Source: Octopus vulgaris (taxonomy: Eukaryota). Taken from it: a stretch of DNA of 64,000 nt. The stretch lies in assembly GCA_951406725.2 (NCBI GenBank), contig OX597824.1:35340001-35404000 (forward strand), given 5' to 3'. The position numbers and the translations under genes are program-made. Positions 52,766 through 64,000 of the stretch are shown piece after piece (within the stretch, counting starts at the first letter, position 1; each line of letters starts with the position of its first letter). The notes under the pieces are model-generated. The model made no database searches. It was not told the origin of the DNA and saw only the letters and a program-made list of their open reading frames with translations.

Positions 52766-53451
52766 GTATGTATATTCATACATACATACATACATGTCGT
52801 GTACATATATAAACATATATATACATGCATATATATGCTAAAATGCACACATATATATACACAGATAGAGTCATAAAAATATTATATATGATACATATAT
52901 ATGCAGAAATAATGCACATTATTTGTTTATTTACGAGCTGAAGTTTCATGAATCGTTATTCTACGTCTCTGATTACTCAAATGATTGAAGGGAGAAACAG
53001 CGTGACCTTATCTAAGCAGAAATATTTGTAATTACATTTTTAAAAATGATAACTCATTCAGATTTGATTGGTTAGTAAAAAAGAAACCCTTAGAAATTGT
53101 ATCGTACAGTCATCTATTTAATTGTTATATATAGAAAACCTGTATTCACCCATTCATTTACTAAAGTATACAATATTGTATGTGTTCAAATTCATATTTG
53201 AAAATACACAAAAGTTAGGAAGATAGGAACTGTTGAGGAAGTATTACTATTGATGCATAAATGAATATTTTAATTATTTCCTATATGAACCCATTTTCAG
53301 AATATGAATAACCATTCTGTCGAAAGTGAACTATATTAGTCAATTGATAGTCGGAAATTTCTGAATAAATAACTATGGAAGTGGCTGAAAGAATTTGTAA
53401 ATTCCGATCATTAATTCAAGATAGGAAAATACTGTAACAGAATGTTATGCA

Positions 53452-54000
53452 ATAGGGTGCAGTAAAATGATCCAACACATTTGTAGGTTTAATAAAAGTG
53501 AAATAGAGTAAAGAACGTGTTTTTATTTTCGAAATGTACATATAATGCCATATTGTTCAAATTTGCGTCATTTCTGATATTTTGTTTCATTTCGTTTTCA
53601 GTTGCCGACATGAATTGGACGGGCGAGTATCGCGCTTTCATTGTGAAAATGTTTATCAAGAACAATGAATCCGTAACGGCAACACGAAGAGCGTTCTGTG
53701 AGCACTTTAGGCTTGGTAGACATGATCCCGTATCTACTCGAAACACTTGATCTCATTGCGCGATGATATTGGTTGGCCCGCCTGGTCACCTGATTTGAAC
53801 CCGTGCGATTTTTTTCTGCGGGGAATACCTGAAATCAAAGGTATACACTCGTCGCCCTCGATCTATTGAACAATTAAAAGAAGCCATTCGTCAAGGAATT
53901 GCTGCCATTCCACTCCCGTCGACTTATGGACAACCTTTGTGAACACCTTCGACAGTGTGTCGACAGTGTCGCCACCCACTTGAATGATTTAATTTTCAAG
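53452..54000 (+). mobile_element. Internally deleted Tc1/mariner-superfamily transposon
   Basis: N-terminal MNWTGEYRAFIVKMFIKNNESVTATRRAF joined to WPAWSPDLNPCDFF..YLKSKVY..RPRSIEQLKEAI. Confidence 0.8.
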
Positions 54001-54541
54001 AGAGAGCTATCCACTTGCTCAGAGAGACAGCGAGAGTGATAAACAAGCTAACTTTCGACAACTAATTAACAGAAAATTAGAAGACGAGAAAATAGTTTTG
54101 ACTTATGTTTAAATAGCTAATAAGATTGCCTGTATACTTCCATCTCATTGGTCAAAACAACATACATTACAAAATGACGAAATGCTAAAATGATGCTCGG
54201 AGAATGAGAATGCATTAGCACCTCCTAGGTTGCTGGAAAAGCAACAGTTAATAAGGGTCAACATAAAATACTAGGTATCGAAAACCAATTGACAATGGAA
54301 AATTCCTAACAGAAGTGAATAATATAAATAATAAATCGACCAAGGGGCCGACAGATAACACCACATACGCATGCACAAAGTGCAGCTGCGAGATTTGCAG
54401 GTTTCATCGCCCATTCGTGTGCATAATAAAAATGGATCTGTGAGACATGTTTTCACGCAAGTGGGTCTCTAAGGAATTAAAGTATCGTATAATTTCACAT
54501 AAATGATTTTCCAACATGTGAAATAATGAAACCACTTTACT

Positions 54542-54621
<80 letters not shown>

Positions 54622-54676
54622 AGTGTGCGTGTGTGCGTGTATGTACATATTATCATTATTATTATTATTATCATGA

Positions 54677-54740
<64 letters not shown>

Positions 54741-54748
54741 CATTATTG

Positions 54749-54792
<44 letters not shown>

Positions 54793-54802
54793 TATTATTA
54801 TT

Positions 54803-55054
54803 GTGTGAGAGAGCAATGCATGCCACCAAAGTGACATTGGGGTAAAATATGCGAATCCCCAGTATACACATCATGACTGCCGATTTGATAAGGATACACC
54901 AGGCACGTGCATCACAACCATATGTGCGCAACATGGTAATCTCATATCAAAATAAACAGCACATAACCTTGCAGGTGGGGGCCCAGTTAAAATTTTCTTC
55001 AGGTCGGGTAGCCCATCCCACTCAAAAGGTCCCTCAATAAGTGTTGCTTAAAGA
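54803..55054 (-). mobile_element. Truncated copy of the (ATT)n-inserted retroposon
   Basis: Homologous to 41423-41675. Confidence 0.7.
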
Positions 55055-55283
55055 TATTATTATTATTATTATTTCGCCCAGGCATAGGGATGCTAATAAC
55101 CTTGTATTAGAACTCAATATACATATGCTTCAGAATGATTCGTCAGTCGAGTGCATAAGCCATACGGTGCAAAAACAGGTGTAAGGTAACGAAGGTAATG
55201 ACATAATTTCTTATTCGTTTGTCATTTTAGTTTCTTATATATGTATATGCATGCATACATACACACACACATGTATGTAGGTA

Positions 55284-55333
<50 letters not shown>

Positions 55334-55337
<4 letters not shown>

Positions 55338-55742
55338 CGCAGGAATAGCTGTGTGGTAAGTAGGTTGTTTACCAACCACATGGTACCGGGTTCAGTCCCA
55401 CTGCGTGACACCTTGGGCAAGAGTCTTCTACTATAGCCTCGGGCCGACCAAAGCCTTGTGAGTGGATTTGGTAGACGGAAACTGAAAAGAAGCCCGTCGT
55501 ATATATGTATATATATATATGCATGTGTGTTTTTATGTGTCTGTGTTTGTTCCCCTAGCATTGCTTGACAACTGATGCTGGTGTGTTTATGTCCCCGTTA
55601 CTTAGCGGTTCGGCAAAAGAGACCGATAGAATAATTACTGGGCTTACAAAAGAATAAGTCCCGGGGTCGAGTTGCTCGATTAAAGGCGGTGCTTCAGCAT
55701 GGCCGCAGTCAAATGACTGAAACAAGTAAAAGAGTAAAAGAG

Positions 55743-55745
<3 letters not shown>
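55334..55745 (+). mobile_element. SINE family B, full length
   Basis: Head, body and tail intact. Confidence 0.9.
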
Positions 55746-55839
<94 letters not shown>

Positions 55840-56087
55840 GCACGCGCGCACACACACACACATATATGTGTGTGGGTATTAGCCTCCAGTGCCGCAAAGT
55901 ATTGTCGCCTAAAGGAAGTTGAATGTCCTGTCAGCCAAGTCAAATCAGCAGCGTCCAAACATCTGCGCCTAAACGACTCAGTTCAATTGGCAACAGGAAA
56001 GGAATGTGAAAACTGCAGTCAGCAAAATGCCTGTTTGCTATTTGGTCGCATAATTAATTTATTTGCATAATATTCATACTCCTGTTA

Positions 56088-56152
<65 letters not shown>

Positions 56153-57399
56153 AGGGCGCAAAATTAAAGCACAATTGAATATGTAATAATCTCACTCCAG
56201 TGAAAGGAAATACAATGAAATTACTTGTACCAGAGCGATAGAGTAAAAACAAAATATATGCTTAAACGAGTTCAAATATTGAAAGGAAATATCATAATTG
56301 AAAAGATAAACAGAAAATAAAACGAAATGACTTAGTAGGATATATAATATTTTCGACTTTAAATGGTGGTTTAAATGCATAATTTGCGTGAGCTTTTGGT
56401 ATTTAGTACAGAACGAGGTAATATGTGTGGCACAGAAATTGATTTAAGGTCATAAAGAATTAAATTGATTGGTCAGACGGCTGAGGTCATGATTAGGGAT
56501 TTTAAATAGTTGGTTTATCAAGGAAGGGGTGGACATAATTCAATATCAAGTAGTCATGATTAGCTTAGGTCCCACTTTCCTTATATCATGGATAATTACA
56601 CACTGTAACACAAAATATTGGTTTCAAATTTTAACACAAGCCAACAATATCGGAGGAGTAGGTAAGTCAATTACATCGACCCTAGAACTTGCTTGATACT
56701 TATTATTTATCCGAAAGGATGAAAAGCAAAGTCGATTTCGGTGCAATCTGAAATCAGAACATGAAGACGGATGAAATGCCGCCATGCATCTTGCCCGGCG
56801 TGCGAACGATTCTGCCAGCTTGCCGCCTTAACTATAACACAAAATTTTGAAAATAAGTGTTCTTTAATTCAACGGGTCTTGTAGTTCTAATAACGGCCTC
56901 GGAGAAGTGGGTAGTGAAGGTTGTATCTTAACCATAACAGTTTAATCGCAATAATTCTGATTCAAAGTATTACTTCAGTACGTTTTGTTGTGTAACAACA
57001 GCTGCAGTTAAGAATGTAAACTTAGATTTAACACTAATCATATGCACTCTATGTAACAGCTTTGATTTTGCATCGTTTTGCATTTCAATAAAAAAAATTC
57101 CGCGTTTTACATTTTGGAGCCTAAGAGGGAGCCCTACACAATCGCTCTACTTGTAAGATGTAGCATTCAAATCGTCTTTAAATCACTCTTAACAGTGTTA
57201 AAAAAGTTACGTGGCTCTAGCTTTCCTGCATTCTCGGAAAACATAGGATGTAAGAGTTATGACTAATATCAGTGTTGTAATGGGAACAATCAATAACAGA
57301 GCCTGAATGTGGTCGCTCATAGCAGCCACAGCTGTCTTAGTAAATATTCTACTTGTAATCACCTGCTCATCATCCATTATTTTCAACTTTCCCGAGCTG

Positions 57400-59035
57400 A
57401 AAACTAAAAGTGAGGGATACAAAATATAAACATTTATATAAAATAGAAATAACTCAGATCAGGTAACTTAACTTAAGTCACTATCTTTTTCTTTTCCTTA
57501 AGTATTTTATGAAAAAGCTGGCAATAAATAAATAACCTAAAACCACTTAGAGGATGGAAAGTCATTGGAAAGTTAAGAATTGGGGGATGTGATTTGCTGC
57601 AAATTATAGAAGTGACCCGGTAGTGGTGGGCTATTTGGTACACTTTGAATACGAGTTATATTTACAAATGAAAATTTTGTGAAAAATGGCGTCAACAGTT
57701 ATAAGAAAAGACACTGTGAAAGTGAAAGTAGAAATTTTAAACCGGATGGGAGTAATACTTTTTATTCACCGTTAAATGAGGTATACGCTTATACTTCATT
57801 TGTTAAATACCTCTCAATAGTTGTATTTCTTTTGATATGTATCTCTCAATAGATGTGTTTTATTTATGTAAATAATTTCAAATCTTACTACTTGAAATGT
57901 CACAGAGAAGTAAATCAAAACCTATTCATATGATTATCCACCAAAATCAAAATCAAGTTAACTACGGAAATCATCCGCAAATGTTCAGTTGACAGTTATA
58001 AGGCGGCGAGCTGGCAGAAATGTAAGCACGCCGGGCGAAATACGTTACTACATTTCGTCTGTCTTTATGTTCTCAGTTCAAATTCCGCCGAGATCTACTT
58101 TGCCTTTCATCCTTTCGGGGTCGATTAAATAAGTACCAGTTACGCACTGGGGTCGATGTAATCGACTTAATCCCTTTGTCTGTCCTTGTTTGTCCCCTCT
58201 ATGTTCAGCCTCTTGTGGGCAATGAAGAAATAAATATTCAATTGACAACAACTGAAATGAGATTTGTTTTGTCATGGAATATTGCTCGTGTTAAATTCCC
58301 ATATTGTAATGACGACTTTTCAGAGTATTTCTTTTACTTGAACAATGAATTAACCAGGAACTCTCAACTTGGTACTCTAGGAGGAGGATAAACTTGTTTC
58401 TTTGTCTTGCCCAGGCAAGTTTCAATTTCCTTTAATAAAGCAATTTCTTTTTCACGACACATGTTGTCAAGAAACTCGGTAACTTTTTCCTAATCTCAGC
58501 AAGAAAGTAGATACATTGCCTGATATTGGAATAAAAGACTACAAACTAGAAAACTACAAAGATAAGTTACAAAGCCTACTTTATAATTTATTAGTTAGAT
58601 TTGATGATTTGAAGTGGCTGAAGCACTGTTTTACTTTCGAAATCCATTCATATTTGATGTGATCGATGATGTTTTCCAGCTTTTGAATCTACAGCTTTCT
58701 ACAGAATTATCTCCTGTGGAAATGAAAAAAAAAATGGCCTGACATGGAGACCTAGTAAGTCGATCTAAAAATACCAGTCTACAATTGAGTTCTGGAGACA
58801 AATTTCAAAAATAAAATATCCTGAATTGAAAGGGAACTAGTGTGAAGTTCATTCCAGTTTTTAGTTCAACATACTTCTGTGAATTACTGTGTGCTGTAAT
58901 GAAGCATCGTGCAATCTTCATAAGTAAACGTCTGACAGAGCTAATTACTACAGCCTTGACAGTATGTCGGCCGAATTTTCAACAACTGACAGCCAAGATG
59001 GAGAACCGCAAGACCTTTACTAGCGGTAAATAACG
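57400..59035 (+). mobile_element. Highly decayed hAT (Charlie/SPIN-like) transposase remnant, interrupted by SINE A (58000-58235)
   Basis: C-terminal FSSTYFCELL..MK...SKRLTE...RPNFQQL resembles the hAT dimerisation region. Left boundary uncertain. Confidence 0.5.
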
Positions 59036-59267
59036 GCTTTAATTGCATGGTAATTGTAGCATTGTCTGTTAGTCATAAAAATATTATGACAAGATTGTAA
59101 TTATGTAAGGTGGTATCTGATGAAAATATTTTTAATGTTATTGATTGTCTTTCTTACATATTTCCCTCCGTTTTCAGCAGGTATTCTCACTAAGACGAAT
59201 GAATATCAGTACAAATATTCTCCTTTTTTTTTTTTTTATTTAGATTTACTTTTGGCATACCACAAAA

Positions 59268-59585
59268 AAGGCGCAATGGCCCAGTAGTTAGGGCAGCGGA
59301 CCCGCGGTCGGAGGATGGCGGTTTCGATTCCCAAACTGGGCGTTGTGTGTATTTGTTGAGCGAAAGCACCTAAAAGCCCCACGAGGTTCCGGCAGGGGGT
59401 GGGGGTGGCGACCTCTGTTGTACTCTTTTGTCACATCTTTCTCTCACTCTCTCTTCCTGTTTATTGAGTAACGCTACGATGGACTGACGTCCCGTCCAGC
59501 TGGGGGAGGTGGGGAACACATTCGCCAAAGAAACCGGGAAACCGGGCCAATGAGCCTGGGTAGTCTTGAAAAGGGCGACGTTTAT
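59268..59585 (+). mobile_element. SINE family C
   Basis: ggcgcaatggcccagtagttagg...ggtttcgattccc; tail gaaaccgggaaaccg. Confidence 0.75.
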
Positions 59586-59926
59586 CGTTATACCACAAAA
59601 AAGCAGATTTGCATGTTTTTCTTAGATGTTCTCGTAAAACGTTATCATATTAAACATGTTCTATATAGTAAAAAACAATTATCGATCAATGTTTTGAGAA
59701 AAATTGCTATATATGTGCATTTGCTAAAATTAGTATAAATTAGGGAGTGAAAAAACTACTTACATGAATAAGTTTTATGTATGCACATAAAACTTATATA
59801 AGATTTTTGTAATAGTTCATGTAGCTATAAAAATAAGTGCGTAGATTTTGTTCAAGTCTTGCTGCTTTCAGACTATTGGCGCTTGCATGAAGCTATGAAG
59901 CTCTTGCACTAATTTGGCGTTCCCTG

Positions 59927-60027
<101 letters not shown>

Positions 60028-60044
60028 ATATGTATGTATGTATG

Positions 60045-60093
<49 letters not shown>

Positions 60094-60106
60094 ATGTATA
60101 TGTATG

Positions 60107-60152
<46 letters not shown>

Positions 60153-60654
60153 TAGATAGATAGGTAGGTAGGTAGGTAGGTAGATATATAGATAGACAGG
60201 TAGATAGATTGATTGATAAATATATACATATATATATATAAAATTAAGAGGAATGACCACAAAAGTGGACACCCTATATGCTAAACATAGACGTCAAATC
60301 GCCATTACCACGAAGAAAGTGTTCTCAAGAAAAAAAAATCTCAGCAAAAACGCCAAAATGTAAAAGTGATCAAAAATGAAAACATACAAAATAAAAACGA
60401 TTACCTACGTACCAATTGGTTGCACTTGTTAATATCTACGTATATAAAACGCAGATATCTGCAAGATCATCAGCGTAGTCTGTCGCTTACAAAACACAAT
60501 TTCCAGAACAAGATACAGAACGCACAATCGAAATCGAGTATGTATAAAGTTCTACATGTCATATTTGGATGTATTTTTTCAAATGCCTTCACTTTGGTGC
60601 GCTGAGGCCGGAAATTACTCTGCAGTTAATAAATTTCAGCAGCCAATTTACCGG

Positions 60655-60850
60655 TTACTCTTTTACTCTTTTACTTGTTTCAGTCATTTGACTGTGGTCA
60701 TGCCTTTAGTCGAGCAAATCGACCCCAGGGCTTATTCTTTGTAAGCGTAGTACTTATTCTATCGGTCTCTTTTGCCGAACCGCTACGTTACAGACACGTA
60801 AACACACCAGCATCGGTCTCAAGCGATGTTAGGACAAGCACAGACACAGT
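60655..60850 (-). mobile_element. SINE family B, 3' half
   Basis: Conserved tail sequence. Confidence 0.75.
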
Positions 60851-61254
60851 AACATACATGTATACACACACACACATTTTTTTACACACACCCACACACA
60901 CACACGTGTATATATACATAAAACATACATACATAAACACATACATGTTTCATAAACGGGAGAATTAACATTCTTTTTCGTGGAAGTTTATCTTCAAGAA
61001 GTAAGAAGAAAATTAACTCAAATAAAATGAGACATAATACATTATTTTACATTCGATTCAAAGCGTTGTGCCCAGAGCAGAAATAATTATTTTACATTCA
61101 ATTATTTCTCAAGACAACATTATTTAAACCACATCGTTTAATTTCAAACAATTCTGTTAAGCTGACATTTTTTTTGTAAATCTTTTTTTCACCTGACTGA
61201 AACACCTGCAACGTCGCCTCGATGTAGTAAATTGACTTCGATTAGAAAATATCT

Positions 61255-62050
61255 TAAGGTCACAAGGATACCTAACTCTACTGACAACGATATACCTGAC
61301 CAGGTGAGAACACTAAACTAGAGAGATAAATGCCTCATTATGATAAGCTTTGGCCTTGAATTTTATTTATTTATTTAAATGACAAATGCAGGTCTGATAC
61401 GGAATTGACGTCTTAAAACAAATAACAAATCTATATCTCATGACTACAGTTGGAGGAATTAGAAGTTTGTCCAACGCCAATACCCGTCATTTTACTTACA
61501 TTTATCAGAGTGTCAACTGCAGATAAAACACCATAAGAACGTGCCCGGGTACAATAGCCTTTTCGATGGCCATATTTCCTCAACAACGTTATTGTTGTTG
61601 AGGAATTTTAAATTTTGAATTTTACTTTGATTATGAGGTGGTACACCACTAATATTAAGAGTATTGAAAACATTCTGCTTGGATGTCATCAGCAGAGTCT
61701 CCGGGAAGATGTTTCATCATTTGGTCTATTTAGTTTCACAACTTCATTGTTCCCTTTTGCTTATGAAAATTCTTAATAATAGTCATTGCATTTTGTAATA
61801 ATTATTTTCTAAATTTTCGTCTATATGTTGAATTAAATCTTCCTTGCTACTGGCATGAAAATAAAGAGGTCTTATAATAACATTGGTGTATAATATGCGG
61901 ACAACATTAGAGATTTTGTCTTCACAAATTTGAAGCAATCAATCAGCATCAAACGTTAATTAAGCTCAAGGCATGATATCGTTGATTTAGAGATAAATTA
62001 GGCAGAGACAAAACGTTTCGCAAGAGTTTCAAATGCAAGTTTTTTTTTTC
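61255..62050 (-). mobile_element. Decayed Helitron PIF1-like helicase C-terminal region
   Basis: Minus-strand fragments FNTLNISGVPPH, ITLLRK, LRRQFRIRPAFVI*INK, QGQSL, GIYL and VFSPGQVY match PIF1 helicase motifs. Confidence 0.75.
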
Positions 62051-62615
62051 GCATGCGCTAATAATAAAAGTCTACTATTTCATTCCTTTGCATTACTAGA
62101 AGAATCCGGCAAAAATCACCCACTTCTCTCAAGAATAATCAATTTGCCTATTGCATCTCTGTGTTTCACCCAGTGATCCAAACAGATGACAGTGATACAG
62201 GTGACACTTTCGAAATTCCTGTAGTATCAAGTGGAGATAACTTGCAAGTTAAGTTTCAAATTTCAGGTCTCGCAAGCTACGATGGAGTTTCCACCAACCA
62301 CATTGTGCGATTGGCAGAGAACTGTGAGTACCTTACAGTACTCTAAGTTTCAAGTGTCCCGCCTCTGTCTACGCTTCATCCTGGACAACAGCTCTGTCAA
62401 AGAGACGAGCTGCGAACAAGTGAGTCTGACAAACGGCAATGACCACACTTGTTCTCCGTCAAGGATAGCTGGAGAAGTTACAGCTTCAGTGTATGTTTGC
62501 GTATCATTAGCCGTGGCATTTGGGTCTACCAAAATCCTTTCTCTGTGTGAGGTTTCCTGTTCGAGGCCATGATTCTTAATTTGATGAAGGAAGCTCTCTC
62601 ATTTCCTTATATCTG

Positions 62616-63036
62616 TTTATTTCTTTACTGCCCACAAGGGGCTACACACAAAGAGGACAAACAAGGATAGACATACGGATTAAGTCGATTATATCGACCC
62701 CAGTGCGTAACTGGTACTTATTTAATCGACCCCGAAAGGATGAAAGGCAAAGTCGACCTCGGTGGAATTTGAACTCAGAACGTAACAGCAGACGAAATAC
62801 CTATTTCTTTATTACCCACAAGGGGCTAAATACAGAAGGGACAAACAAGGACAGACAAACGGATTAAGTCGATTATATGAACCCCAGTGCGTAACTGGTA
62901 CTTATTTAATCGACCCCGAAAGGATGAAAGGCAAAGTCGACCTCGGCGGAATTTGAACTTAGAACGTAACGGCAGACGAAATACGGCTACGCATTACGCC
63001 CATAGTGCTAACGTTTCTGCCAGCTCGCCGCCTAAT
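62616..63036 (-). mobile_element. Partial-tandem SINE family A with 25 bp TSD
   Basis: aagctctctcatttccttatatctg at 62591-62615 and 63037-63061. Confidence 0.9.
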
Positions 63037-63451
63037 AAGCTCTCTCATTTCCTTATATCTGCTTATTGGCAGCCACGCACTGAACCCTAAGCAATATACA
63101 TGCGACACATAGAAGAATTAAGTTATTGACATAATAAACCAATGAAACTCCATAATTTGACAACAGATAGCAAAGACTCGCTCATCATTCCAGTTGCTGC
63201 TATAACTAAAACGAAAATAAAAGAAAGATATAGTGGCGAGAGATATTTTTACATAACTCATGTAAAGAAATGAAGTTTTCCTTTTGATGCCCCTGAAGAT
63301 ATGATTTCTTTGTGTGTAACTGGGTTCACATTGTTACCTGTGAAATGCGCCACCAGTAAATAGTCAGCTAGCAGGACACCTTCTATGTGGTTGCTTGACA
63401 TGCTAGAAACAGCAATCAAATTTCCTTCCCGTGAAAGGGAAGGACGTTGGG

Positions 63452-63545
<94 letters not shown>

Positions 63546-64000
63546 CCTATCTATCTATATAAATTGATCAAAATAAAAATAAAAACATGAGGCGAAGGAT
63601 TCTTTTACTATTATTTCCATTTCTATTTTTACTTTACAACCTTATGCATTTACATTTATTTATATTTCTTTATATTTCTTTATACCCCCTTTACATCTCC
63701 TTACAACTCTTTATATCTTTATCCTCTACATTTTTATATTATTCTATACGTACATTTTTTATATATTTTTTTTATCCCTCGTCCCGAACTCTCGCCCCTC
63801 CATCTTCACCTCTATATACGTATTTATTTATTTACATTACCTCAACATCCAAGTTTCCTCATTCTACATTGAGAGAAGAAAGAGATGGACGCTTCAATTC
63901 TATGCTGCTGCCGCATTATGTCGTACGTGAACGAGAGGATTTGCATCCCCAACCAAGAATTTTTGATGTAACACATGTCCTTGTGGAAGCTGTTGTGCGC

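Overview
AT-rich, microsatellite-saturated animal genomic DNA. The SINE repertoire points to a coleoid cephalopod, probably Octopus (inference). I found no convincing host protein-coding gene; almost all listed ORFs are microsatellite artefacts. The window is a patchwork of tRNA-derived SINEs, decayed LINEs (CR1-like, L1/Tx1-like), DNA transposon remnants (hAT, Tc1/mariner, Helitron) and many Penelope-like element (PLE) derivatives inserted in (TA)n. One young, 5'-truncated PLE (RT plus C-terminal GIY-YIG, Hydra-clade-like Cys motifs) spans 33.4-38.5 kb with a ~1.67 kb inverted duplication. Several small fold-back PLE derivatives carry type I hammerhead ribozyme (HHR) motifs, and one has a tRNA-like head. 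The most unusual signal is in two homologous (TA)n-embedded elements (4874-4935 +, 8559-8617 -). Each has a full hammerhead core whose three strands occur in reversed, non-cyclic order, matching none of types I/II/III. Compensatory stem changes between the copies suggest a pseudoknotted hammerhead topology. All folds were paired by hand, not computed or tested.
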